Origin: an uncultured Gemmatimonadota bacterium
GTDB taxonomy: Bacteria > Gemmatimonadota > Gemmatimonadetes > Palauibacterales > KS3-K002
Assembly: GCA_964345885.1 (NCBI GenBank)
Contig: CAYFSW010000124.1
Span: forward strand, 4,042-68,041
Length of the DNA: 64,000 nt
Reading direction: 5' to 3'
The notes below the pieces were generated by a model. That model was not told the DNA's origin and did not search any database. It saw only the letters and a program-made list of their open reading frames with translations. The stretch's first letter is position 1, and the number at the start of each line of letters is the position of its first letter. Below, in pieces: positions 24,791 to 33,981 of this stretch. Both the position numbers and the translations under genes were made by a program.

Positions 24791-27472
24791 ATGGCGAAGA
24801 ATCCGCGTACGGCGTTGCTGGCGGCGCTGTTGCTGGCCCTCGTAGCGTCGCCTGCCCCGGCGAGTGAGGAAGGAGCTCCCAAGAAGAAGTCCGATCCCGA
24901 TCCCGAGCCCTACCGAGCCCTGGCGAGCCGTGCGACCCCGGGTACTCCGGAGATCGATGGGAAGCTGGCGGAGGCCGTCTGGGCGCTGGCGGAGCCGCTC
25001 ATCGGCTTCGTGCAGCGCGACCCAGCAGAGGGGGAGCCGGCGACGGAGCGTACCCAGGCCTGGGTGCTCTACGACGACGGCTCGCTCTACATAGGGGTCC
25101 GGGCCTACGACAGCGAGCCGGACAAGATCATCGGCGAGCTGACGCGTCGCGATAGCTATTCTGCCTCCGACTGGATCGTCATCTCGATCGACTCCTACTA
25201 CGACCGCCGCACGGCGTTCGAGTTCAGCGTGAACCCGGTGGGCGTGGAGCGAGATACTTACCGCTACGACGACATCAACTTGGACGACAGCTGGAACGCC
25301 GTCTGGGACGTGGCCACCACTATCGATGATGAGGGCTGGGTGGCGGAGTTTCGGATCCCGTTCTCGCAGCTTCGCTTCTCGCAAGCGCCGGAACAGACCT
25401 GGGGCTTCAACATTGAACGTGTCATCCAGCGCAAGGCTGAGACCGTGCAGTGGAAGCCGATCCCCAAGGACGCTTCGGGCTGGGTCTCCGAGTACGGTGA
25501 GCTGGTCGGCATCAGCGGGATTCAGCCGCCGCGTCGCCTCGAAGTCTTGCCCTACGCGGTGGCGACGCAGGGCTTCACGATCGCGGATCCCGACAACCCT
25601 TTCCAGACCGGTCGCGATTTTCAGGGGAGTGTCGGTGCGGACCTGAGGTATGGATTGACCAACAGCTTGACGCTGAACCTCACGCTCAACCCCGACTTCG
25701 GGCAGGTCGAGGCCGACCCGTCGGTGGTCAACCTGTCGGCCTTCGAGACGTTTTTCGCGGAGAAGCGCCCCTTCTTCCTGGAGAGCGCCAACATCTTTCA
25801 GTTTAGCCTGGGCGGCGGTGGCCATGGCATGGAGCAGCTTTTCTACTCGCGGCGTATTGGCCGCCGTCCGCAGGGCTCCGCCGATGCTCGCGGGGGCTAC
25901 GTGGACCACCCCGATAACACGACGATTGTCGCCGCCGCCAAGCTGTCGGGTAAGTCGGCGAGCGGCTGGTCGGTCGGTGTGCTCGACGCGGTCACGGCCC
26001 AGGAGAAAGCCGTGATCATCGATGGCGACGGAAACCGGCACGAGGACGTCGTCGAGCCGCTCACCAACTACGGCGTCGCTCGTCTGCAGAAGGACTTCAA
26101 CGACGGTGCCAGCGCCATCGGTGCGATCTTCACAGCCACCAACAGGCAGCTACCAGGAGCGATGCGTGACCTGCGAGGGAGCGCGTACGCCGGAGGGATC
26201 GACGCGCGCCACCGCCTGTGGGGCGGTAACTGGGAACTGCGTGGCCAGCTGCTCGCCTCGTACGTCAAAGGTTCGCAACTCGCGACCGATGAGACCCAGA
26301 CGAGCTCCGCCCGCTATTTCCAGCGTCCCGACGCCGATCATCTCGACTACGACCCCACGCGCACCAGCCTGCGGGGCACGAGTGGCTCGTTCAGCTTCGG
26401 CAAGATCGGCGGCCACCACTGGCGCGGCTCGCTCAGCAGCTCCTGGATCTCGCCGGGCTTCGAGGTGAACGACGTCGGCTTCCAGCGGCAGGCGGATGTC
26501 TGGCGAAACAGTGCATGGATTCAGTATCGAGAGAACGATCCCGGCAAGATCTTCAGACGCTACAGCATCAACTGGAACGCCTGGAACTGGCAGACGTTCG
26601 GCGGCGAGCGGACCGCGACCGGCACGAACATCAACGGCAGCTTCACCTTGCTCAACTACTGGGGCGGCTTCGGGGGCATCAACCGTCAGTTCGAAGCCAC
26701 CAGCACCAACGTACTGCGCGGCGGCCCTTCCATGTTGGCACCCGGCTCCTGGAACTGGTGGGCAGGCTTCTACAGCGACAACCGCAAGCCGATCACTATG
26801 GAGGTTGGAACCTTTCAGTGGATGGACGACGAGCGGTCGAGCTCCCGCGGCGGCTTCGCGTTCGTGTCCTGGCGCCCAAGGGCCAACCTGCGCCTCACTT
26901 TCGGCCCCGAGTACAACAAGACGCACGACGATTGGGCGTGGGTCACCTCGGCGGAGGCTTTGAGCTCGACTCGCTATGTTATGGGCGTGCTCGACCAGCA
27001 GACGATCTATCTGACCACGCGGCTCGACTGGACCTTCACGCCGAACCTCAGCCTGCAGCTGTACGCGCAGCCCTTCGTCTCCGCCGGCGACTACACGGCG
27101 CTCAGCGAGGTCGTCGATCCCCATGCAGGCTCGTACGACGACCGCTTCGAAGCCTACGGCGAGGACCGGCTGAGCTACGAACCGAGCACCGACCCGAACG
27201 CTCCTGGCACCTACTACGTCGACTTGAACCGCGATGGCGAATCCGATTTTTCGTTCGATGACCCGAACTTCAACTTCAAGCAGTTCCGCTCGACCGTAGT
27301 CCTGCGCTGGGAGTACGTCGCCGGCTCGACGCTATTCTTCGTCTGGTCGTCCAGCAAGACGAAGTACGACTACACCGGCGAGTTCAACCCGCTCGACGAC
27401 CTCGATGCATTGCGCAAGACGGAGGGCGAAAACTATTTCAGCATCAAGGTCAACTACTATCTGAATCCCTGA
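24791..27472 (+). CDS. Secreted DUF5916-type protein with N-terminal carbohydrate-binding (CBM9-like) domain
   Basis: Signal peptide MAKNPRTALLAALLLALVASPAPA. 893 aa, with an N-terminal beta-sandwich-like region (WALAEPLIGFVQRDP...) and a long Trp/Tyr/Gly-rich beta-rich body. The family call is from memory and not verified. Confidence 0.6.
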   Translation: MAKNPRTALLAALLLALVASPAPASEEGAPKKKSDPDPEPYRALASRATPGTPEIDGKLAEAVWALAEPLIGFVQRDPAEGEPATERTQAWVLYDDGSLYIGVRAYDSEPDKIIGELTRRDSYSASDWIVISIDSYYDRRTAFEFSVNPVGVERDTYRYDDINLDDSWNAVWDVATTIDDEGWVAEFRIPFSQLRFSQAPEQTWGFNIERVIQRKAETVQWKPIPKDASGWVSEYGELVGISGIQPPRRLEVLPYAVATQGFTIADPDNPFQTGRDFQGSVGADLRYGLTNSLTLNLTLNPDFGQVEADPSVVNLSAFETFFAEKRPFFLESANIFQFSLGGGGHGMEQLFYSRRIGRRPQGSADARGGYVDHPDNTTIVAAAKLSGKSASGWSVGVLDAVTAQEKAVIIDGDGNRHEDVVEPLTNYGVARLQKDFNDGASAIGAIFTATNRQLPGAMRDLRGSAYAGGIDARHRLWGGNWELRGQLLASYVKGSQLATDETQTSSARYFQRPDADHLDYDPTRTSLRGTSGSFSFGKIGGHHWRGSLSSSWISPGFEVNDVGFQRQADVWRNSAWIQYRENDPGKIFRRYSINWNAWNWQTFGGERTATGTNINGSFTLLNYWGGFGGINRQFEATSTNVLRGGPSMLAPGSWNWWAGFYSDNRKPITMEVGTFQWMDDERSSSRGGFAFVSWRPRANLRLTFGPEYNKTHDDWAWVTSAEALSSTRYVMGVLDQQTIYLTTRLDWTFTPNLSLQLYAQPFVSAGDYTALSEVVDPHAGSYDDRFEAYGEDRLSYEPSTDPNAPGTYYVDLNRDGESDFSFDDPNFNFKQFRSTVVLRWEYVAGSTLFFVWSSSKTKYDYTGEFNPLDDLDALRKTEGENYFSIKVNYYLNP

Positions 27473-27502
27473 AGAACGCGCCTATCTGCGCAGTAAGACG
27501 AG

Positions 27503-27527
27503 AGGGGGTCCGCTTGCCGGACCCTCT
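27503..27527. terminator. Hairpin downstream of the DUF5916 gene
   Basis: gagggggtccg cttgc cggaccctctt: a 9-10 bp GC stem, immediately followed by the T-rich start of MITE E. Confidence 0.45.
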
Positions 27528-27694
27528 TTCAATATCCGATAACCCATACCCACTGACCACGTAGTCAAGGACTGTTCAGCGGCCAGGGCCCGAGTTTCAA
27601 GGCCCGAGTCTCATCGGTGATTGAAACCTGACACTTGATCGCTGAAATCACTTGATACCCGCCCCCTGGATGTCGGATATTGGATATTCAGATC
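27528..27694. mobile_element. MITE-like element, copy E of the TIR family
   Basis: Left end ttcaatatccgataacccatacccactgaccacgtagtcaagg, right end ctggatgtcggatattggatattcagatc. It ends 32 bp upstream of the SDR start codon. Confidence 0.6.
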
Positions 27695-27725
27695 CACACT
27701 GTGGGACTGCTCTTCGGGAGGAATC

Positions 27726-28463
27726 ATGCGCTTTCGAGACAAGGTCGCATTCGTGACCGGCGCCTCGAGCGGGATCGGACGAGCCTGCGCCCTGCTGTTC
27801 AGCGAGGAGGGCGCGTCGGTCTTTGCCGTAGCACGCCGTGCGGAACGGTTGGAAGAAACGTTCGAGCACCATGCTGCCGCAGACGTGCGCTCGGATCAAC
27901 AGGTTCGCGCCGCGGTCGAGCGCTGCGTCGAGCGGCTGGGCCGCATCGACTACCTAATCAACGCGGCGGGTGTGATCGGGAAGGGTGGTGTCCTAGACAC
28001 GCCACCGGAAGAATGGGAACGGCTGTTCGCGTCGAACGTCGACTCCGTCTATTACGTCACCCGCTACGTGGCACCGTACCTGATCGAGAGCGGTGGTGCC
28101 ATCGTCAACGTCTCATCGGTCACCAGCATTCGGCCCTATGGCAACCTGCTGGCATACTGCGCATCGAAGGCGGCTGTCGACATGTTCACGCAGTGCGTGG
28201 CTCTCGAACTGGCGCCTCACCGTGTGCGTGTCAACGCGGTGAACCCCGGCGTCGTCGTCACCGAGTTGCACACGGTGGCGGAGATGGTGCCGGACTACGA
28301 TGCGTTCCTCGAGCACTCCAAGACCACGCACCCGCTGGGGCGAGTGGGTCGGCCGGAAGAGATCGCGGCAATGTGCGCCTTCTTGTGCTCGGATGACGCG
28401 AGCTGGATCACGGGAGGGATACACACGATCGATGGCGGGAGAGCACTGTTGAGCGCGCGCTAG
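27726..28463 (+). CDS. SDR family oxidoreductase (3-oxoacyl-ACP reductase-like)
   Basis: VAFVTGASSGIGRA is the TGxxxGxG motif, NAAG follows, and YCASKAAV carries the catalytic YxxxK. Confidence 0.9.
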   Translation: MRFRDKVAFVTGASSGIGRACALLFSEEGASVFAVARRAERLEETFEHHAAADVRSDQQVRAAVERCVERLGRIDYLINAAGVIGKGGVLDTPPEEWERLFASNVDSVYYVTRYVAPYLIESGGAIVNVSSVTSIRPYGNLLAYCASKAAVDMFTQCVALELAPHRVRVNAVNPGVVVTELHTVAEMVPDYDAFLEHSKTTHPLGRVGRPEEIAAMCAFLCSDDASWITGGIHTIDGGRALLSAR

Positions 28464-28547
28464 TCGCGTCTACGGCTTGGTGGTCTGAGGCGAACTAAGG
28501 CTATAAGTTGGCGATGTACGCTGGCCATCCACTCGGAGGATTCAGCG

Positions 28548-28925
28548 ATGACCGCGAGAGGTTCCCTGACCGTGATTGCCGCGCTGGTGCTGGCGGCTCA
28601 GCTTGGTGGGTGCGCCGGCCGCAGGGGTGCCGATGGCGAAGCCGGCCCACAATCCCAGGCCGACGTCACCATCGAGGTGGAGAACCAGAACTTCCACGAC
28701 GCCCGAATCTACCTTCTGGTCTTCGGCAGACGAACGCGATTGGGGCATATTGCCAAGCACAGCACCGAGATCTTCACGTTCGGGGCGGAGCCGGACGACA
28801 TCCGCATCGAGGTCGACTTCATTGGTGCTGGCGGCTTCGTCACGCGGCCGATGCGCGTGAGCGCCGGTGATCAGCTCAAGCTCCTGATCCAGATGCACGC
28901 CCACCGGCTGCGCGCCAAAGGGTGA
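28548..28925 (+). CDS. Small lipoprotein, paralog 1 of a 3-member family (TIEVENQNF-D-ARIY motif)
   Basis: Lipobox AAQLGGCAG. About 80 percent nt identity to 33043..33423 across the coding region and about 60 bp of flanking sequence on each side. Confidence 0.6.
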   Translation: MTARGSLTVIAALVLAAQLGGCAGRRGADGEAGPQSQADVTIEVENQNFHDARIYLLVFGRRTRLGHIAKHSTEIFTFGAEPDDIRIEVDFIGAGGFVTRPMRVSAGDQLKLLIQMHAHRLRAKG

Positions 28926-29027
28926 TCGGCCTTGAGTTGGTCGCTCCGCTCGGTGCGCACCCGGGGAGGGATACACACGATCGATGGCGGGAGAGCGCCG
29001 CTAAGCGCCCGGTAGACGCGTCCAGGA

Positions 29028-31634
29028 CTATCTTCGGGGCCAACCTTCACGCCATATTGGATGCAGCCAATTCTTCTCGTGGGGATCTATCTGTAGAGCC
29101 GTCCTGTATTCGGCCGTCGCCTCCTCTCGCATTCCCAGAAAGTTAAGGACGTCTCCTCTGATACTGTGCTGTGTCGCCTCAAACCGCTTCTGCACCCTGT
29201 CTGCCACCGCGGCCACTTCCTCTTCGGTCTCTCCCATGTTGACCAGGAGAGGCAATACGCTCTCTCTCAGCTCCCACGCGGTCAGCTTATTCTGCACCCG
29301 GTACGTGCCCGATACGAAGTAAGCCATCGCCGGGGTGAACTCTAGGTAAGGGTGATTGTCCGTATTCAAACTCGCCGCGGCGACATACTCCGCTAGAGCC
29401 TCTTCACCCATAACGAACCAGCCCAGTACATCGATGGGATCAGTTACGTGGAGCGGCTCGAGGTCGCGCTGGACATCTCGCATAGCGAGCTTGTCACTCA
29501 GCGACTTGAAGTCGATCTCCAGCTTCTTTTGTGTCCCGACCAAAATGAAGTATTGCCTTAGTGGTGTGAACCAGAGGGTCGTATGAGGGAACACCGTTAC
29601 AAACGTCTTCGCTATCATCCTCACTTCCTGATCCGATAGCAGGTGGAAGGGTACCCATTGAACGAGCAGCCCGTCATCGGACAGTCTCTCTTCCAGCAAT
29701 TGGTAGAACTCGAGGGCGTAGAGGCTACCGTTTCCTGCCATCTTCGGAGACGTGGCATCGATCGTAATCACGTCGTATACGTTGTCGGTCACCAGGGCGT
29801 AATTTCGCCCGTCTCCCAATATCAAATCGAAGCCGGGTTCGGTGAGCACACCGTGATTGATTTCCGGGAACCACCTCGCAGCGTCCAACACGGCCGGCAC
29901 TAGCTCGACACAATCCACTTCTTCGACGTTGTACTGCATCACCCCCCAGGATGTACCCCCCGCCCCAAAGCCGACGATGTTCACCCGTGGGGAGGACACG
30001 TTACTCAACAGCAGGGGCAGATGCGCCAGTGCTTTCTGTGCGTCCTGCGGTTCGAATCCCGTTCCCGCTACCGGGAATCCATTGATACTCAGGACCTTAT
30101 CGTCCCACTTGTCTGCGTATACTTTGACCGTGCCACCTATTCCTTCCCGATAAGAGAGAACCTCGGGACCTTCGATGCCTTCGTAGTAGGATGTTAGAGT
30201 GATCGGGCCACGTATCGCGTAGTAGGTCCCTGCAGCGACGCACAGTAGACCCAGCCCACCTGCCATCCGCATTCTGGTGGCATGTTTCATCGATGGCTCG
30301 GCTAGGATGAGTGCTCCACCAATGATCACATTGAGTCCGGCAATCACGATGATGCCGTTTTGCACACCCAGAGAAGGAATCAGCACGAAGCCGGCTGCCA
30401 CGGATCCGAAGACCCCTCCAATCGTGTTAACCGAATAAACATCACCCAACGCGCTACCAACGACGTTCACGTCTCTCGTGTATATCTTGGCGACGAGCGG
30501 GAAAGTCATTCCCATGAGGACAGTGGGCACAAGCATCACGGCGAGGCTCTTGACGAACCTGATCCCTGCCCACTTCCAGTGCAGCAGGGCGCCGAGAGAC
30601 GAGTCAGCCATGCTCTCGAACACGGGGGTCAGGTTACTCAGAATCGGAATCGCCAAGATGGCAGATAGCCCGATAAGCACCTCCATTACCCCCAACCAGG
30701 CGAACAGGCTCTTCTTGGTGTCAATGAACCTGGCTACGATGAAACTCCCCAGGGCTATACCCAAAAGGAAAGCCGTCAGAATCGTGGTGAAGGCATGGGT
30801 AGAGTTGTCCAGGAAGAAGACCAGAGCCCTTGTCCAAAACACCTCTAGAGCCAAAGCACAGAAGCCTGATACACCAACAGCCAAAAGTGCCAGCAGAGCC
30901 AACCTCGAAGGGTATGCTTCTCCTCCAGTCTCCCGTGGCTCCGTCTCGCGCTTCTCCGGGTCACCGCTGGCTGCCGGCTGAACCCCCAGACGCCAAGCCA
31001 GAGCCGACACGGTCCCCGCGATGAGAAGGTTTGCCACTCCGGCGAGGTAAGCGGCTTCTCTGACACCCAACAGCAGGATGAGAAAGAATCCTGCGGAGAG
31101 GGTACCCACGACCGCCCCGAACGTGTTCATCGAATAGAGATGCCCGACGTTCCACGCTATGCGCTCGGGTCTCCGAGCGAAGGATTTGACAATGACCGGC
31201 AGGGTTCCGCCCATTAGGGTGGCCGGAACAAGCATGACAGAGAAGGCCAGTGCGAATCTCAGCAGACTGACCTGGTAGTAGCTGATGGCGTAGCGCTGGG
31301 ATATACCGACATAGATCTCAGTTATGCCGGAGAAGAGTAGGGGCATCAGGAACGCGGATATGCCGATCCCTGCCTCTAGAAGTGCATAGACGAGGAGAGG
31401 GTCCCTTCCCTTATCGATGACTCTGCCGAAGTAGAAACTACCCAGAGCTAGTCCAGCAAAGAACGAAGCCAGAATCGTGCTTGTTGCAAAGGCAGTAGCA
31501 CCAAAGATCAGCGTGAGCATGCGCATCCAGACGACTTCGTAGACTAGCCCGCACGCTCCTGAGAGGAAGAACAACGCCAGGATGAGCAGTCGAACGCTGC
31601 CCTCTCGTGAGGGACTGGTGCTGATCTCCTTCAT
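29028..31634 (-). CDS. Fused MFS-type transporter / spermidine synthase (polyamine aminopropyltransferase) family protein
   Basis: 868 aa with about 12 TM helices at the N-terminus and a C-terminal SpeE-like domain (VNIVGFGAGGTS...ITIDATSP...). The gene sits in a region of clearly lower GC than its neighbours. Confidence 0.75.
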   Translation of the reverse strand: MKEISTSPSREGSVRLLILALFFLSGACGLVYEVVWMRMLTLIFGATAFATSTILASFFAGLALGSFYFGRVIDKGRDPLLVYALLEAGIGISAFLMPLLFSGITEIYVGISQRYAISYYQVSLLRFALAFSVMLVPATLMGGTLPVIVKSFARRPERIAWNVGHLYSMNTFGAVVGTLSAGFFLILLLGVREAAYLAGVANLLIAGTVSALAWRLGVQPAASGDPEKRETEPRETGGEAYPSRLALLALLAVGVSGFCALALEVFWTRALVFFLDNSTHAFTTILTAFLLGIALGSFIVARFIDTKKSLFAWLGVMEVLIGLSAILAIPILSNLTPVFESMADSSLGALLHWKWAGIRFVKSLAVMLVPTVLMGMTFPLVAKIYTRDVNVVGSALGDVYSVNTIGGVFGSVAAGFVLIPSLGVQNGIIVIAGLNVIIGGALILAEPSMKHATRMRMAGGLGLLCVAAGTYYAIRGPITLTSYYEGIEGPEVLSYREGIGGTVKVYADKWDDKVLSINGFPVAGTGFEPQDAQKALAHLPLLLSNVSSPRVNIVGFGAGGTSWGVMQYNVEEVDCVELVPAVLDAARWFPEINHGVLTEPGFDLILGDGRNYALVTDNVYDVITIDATSPKMAGNGSLYALEFYQLLEERLSDDGLLVQWVPFHLLSDQEVRMIAKTFVTVFPHTTLWFTPLRQYFILVGTQKKLEIDFKSLSDKLAMRDVQRDLEPLHVTDPIDVLGWFVMGEEALAEYVAAASLNTDNHPYLEFTPAMAYFVSGTYRVQNKLTAWELRESVLPLLVNMGETEEEVAAVADRVQKRFEATQHSIRGDVLNFLGMREEATAEYRTALQIDPHEKNWLHPIWREGWPRR

Positions 31635-31738
31635 GATCTGTCTCTCCGAGTATCCTACTGCGGCAAATACACCGTTACTTGCGTCTTATCTCAATTAGTC
31701 ACGGATTCCCGTACACACGTATTCCCAGTCAGAATACG

Positions 31739-32866
31739 TCAGTCGGTGGGTGATCCACTCAACAGGCCCTCCAACGGAAGCCTCTCGGCGCCGTTTTCCG
31801 TGCATACGGCGTATTCGCTTTCCCGCGCTCCGTACATGGCAACGCCTGCGAATTCACCCTTCGCGTTCAACGCGAAGAAGCGGATGTCGAAGGCGGGCTC
31901 CCCTCGACTGTTGAGCAGCCGTTCCTCCACGGTGTTGGCTTTGATGCGCTTGAGAGCCTCCATCCCCGCGTCCTTTGGGTGCATCCCACGACGCATGTGC
32001 TCAACGATCAGGTACGAGCTGAGGTTATAGAGATTCGCTTCTCCCCGACCCGTGGATCCGGCGGCACCGACGTCGCCGTCCACATAGAGGCCCGCACCTA
32101 GAATCGGCGAGTCGCCTACCCGTCCCGGAATCTTGAAGGCTCGACCGCTCGTTGTCGTCACGCCGCCTATTTCACCGTTTGGGCTGATTCCGTTGCAGTT
32201 TATGGTACCCCAGAACGCATGCTCTTCTATGAGACCCTGTCTCATCATCTCGAGACCCACGTCGTATCCGCGCTGAGACCGCCGTGCGGGGTCGAGGTAG
32301 TGCCCGGGGTCGACTCGTCGTTTCCACTCGAGCCACAGTTGCCGCGATCGCTCCGTGTTTAGATCGTCCTCGATCGTGAAACCCATGCCGCGGGCGAAAT
32401 CCTGGGCACCTTTGCCGGCCAGCAGGTGATTGTCCGTGTTGTCCATGACGGCTTTGGCCACGAGTGACGGCGTGCGCACCCCTTCCAGGGCAGCGACGCC
32501 GCCGGCCCACCCCTTCGGCCCGTGCATGCAGCAGGCGTCCAGCTGCACCACCCCGTCGGCGTTGGGCAGTCCACCGTAGCCGATTCCCGTCTCTTCGGGA
32601 TCGAGCTCGGGGATGTTCACACCTGCGATCAGTGCGTCGAGTACATCCGACCCGGCGACGATCATCTCGAACGCCTTCTCAACGGCGCTCACAGGGCCGC
32701 CGTTCTTGTAAAGGAACCCGCTCAGGTCGGAGATCACTACCGGCTTCAGGCTCGTCCGAGTTAGGACCGTAGGTGCTGCACCGTGGAGCAGCCGGGGAGC
32801 GGCGGCTGCGAGCCCGGCGGCCGTACATGTGTGTACAAACCTACGACGGTCGATCCGTTTGCACAT
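31739..32866 (-). CDS. Asparaginase-family Ntn hydrolase (glycosylasparaginase / isoaspartyl peptidase), probably Tat-secreted
   Basis: RRRFVHTCTAAGLAAAA is a Tat-like signal. ILGAGLYVDGDVGAAGSTGRGE contains the autoproteolytic Thr nucleophile motif (GSTG). Confidence 0.85.
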   Translation of the reverse strand: MCKRIDRRRFVHTCTAAGLAAAAPRLLHGAAPTVLTRTSLKPVVISDLSGFLYKNGGPVSAVEKAFEMIVAGSDVLDALIAGVNIPELDPEETGIGYGGLPNADGVVQLDACCMHGPKGWAGGVAALEGVRTPSLVAKAVMDNTDNHLLAGKGAQDFARGMGFTIEDDLNTERSRQLWLEWKRRVDPGHYLDPARRSQRGYDVGLEMMRQGLIEEHAFWGTINCNGISPNGEIGGVTTTSGRAFKIPGRVGDSPILGAGLYVDGDVGAAGSTGRGEANLYNLSSYLIVEHMRRGMHPKDAGMEALKRIKANTVEERLLNSRGEPAFDIRFFALNAKGEFAGVAMYGARESEYAVCTENGAERLPLEGLLSGSPTD

Positions 32867-33042
32867 AATGCTCCTCCCATACAGGACAACTACTTTCGCT
32901 GGGCGGTGCTGGCCAGCCGGTCAGCCGGCACGGCCACGGAATAGTGCGCCCGCGAGCCGTCACTCGCCAGCCTGGTGGTCTAAGACTCTCCGAGGCTGTA
33001 GTATGGCGATGTACGCTTACCATCCACCCGGAGGATCCAGCG

Positions 33043-33423
33043 ATGAGCGCGAGAGTTTGCCTGAAAGTGGCTGCCGCGCTGATGCTGACGGCCCAGCTAG
33101 GCGGATGTGCCGGCCGCAAGGGCACCGAAAGCGCAGCTGGGCCCCAGTCCCAGGCCGAGGTCACCATCGAGGTCGAGAATCAGAACTTCTACGATGCCAG
33201 GATTTACCTCTTGGTCTACGGCAATCGAACGCGATTGGGGCAGGTCACCGGTAACAGCACCCAAACCTTTTCGTTCGCGGTGCAGCCGGACGACATCCGA
33301 ATCGCGGTCGACTTCATTGGCGGAGCTGGTGGGTTCATCACGGAGTCCATGCCGGTGAGCGCCGGCGATCAGCTCGAGTTGCAGATCCTGCCGGACGCCC
33401 ACCGCCTGCGCTTCAAAGGGTGA
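33043..33423 (+). CDS. Small lipoprotein, paralog 2
   Basis: MSARVCLKVAAALMLTAQLGGCAG lipobox. ATG verified at 33043; the 33-codon upstream extension was rejected. Confidence 0.6.
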   Translation: MSARVCLKVAAALMLTAQLGGCAGRKGTESAAGPQSQAEVTIEVENQNFYDARIYLLVYGNRTRLGQVTGNSTQTFSFAVQPDDIRIAVDFIGGAGGFITESMPVSAGDQLELQILPDAHRLRFKG

Positions 33424-33578
33424 TCGGCTGTACGTCGGTCGCTCCGCTCCGTGCGCATCGGGGACCGTAGCTCTACGGGCAAGTGTGGGGCGCCCGGATA
33501 GCGCCTGGCGCCCCACGAGCTGAACCGCGATCTTGGAAGCAGTTCGTATTCACGCCTGTCGCCGGGGAGGATAGCCCC

Positions 33579-33956
33579 ATGAACGCAACAGTGAAGCTCT
33601 GCGCTGTAGGTGCGTTGACCCTGACGGTGGCAGCCTGCGCCGCTCGCCAGGCGGCCGACGAAGGCGCGGCGGTTGGCGGGACGGGCCGAGAGGTCACGAT
33701 CGAAGTAGAGAATCAGAATTTCTACGACGCCCGGATCTACGTGGTGGAGTATGGCCGCCGCAGGCGCCTGGGAAGCGTTCCGGGCCACGGTACGAGAGTT
33801 TTCCAATTCCGCGTGGATCCGACCGAAGTACGATTCGTCATCGATTTCATTGGAAGTGGCCAGCTTACCACAAATATCAGGAATGTGCGCCCCGGTGACG
33901 AGCTGTTGCTCACCGTGACCGCTACAACCCATCGATTGCGGTATCGCGGCGGCTGA
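33579..33956 (+). CDS. Small lipoprotein, paralog 3
   Basis: MNATVKLCAVGALTLTVAACAA lipobox-like signal, and VTIEVENQNFYDARIY as in paralogs 1 and 2. ATG verified at 33579. Confidence 0.55.
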   Translation: MNATVKLCAVGALTLTVAACAARQAADEGAAVGGTGREVTIEVENQNFYDARIYVVEYGRRRRLGSVPGHGTRVFQFRVDPTEVRFVIDFIGSGQLTTNIRNVRPGDELLLTVTATTHRLRYRGG

Positions 33957-33981
33957 CCGCCGGCGCTGCGGCATGTGGGGG

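Noticed and set aside
24776-26041. Long antisense ORFs opposite real genes (e.g. 24776..26041, 43258..44229, 34133..35194, 7077..7967, 18429..19397)
   Set aside because: High-GC DNA produces long stop-free antisense frames. Their proteins are Arg/Ala/Pro-rich low-complexity, while the opposite strand carries clear domain signatures.
27648-27899. ORF 27648..27899 (minus) and 12676..12879 (plus) containing the YPISDIQ peptide
   Set aside because: They are built from MITE TIR sequence plus antisense SDR sequence. The shared peptide is a translation of the TIR, not a conserved protein.
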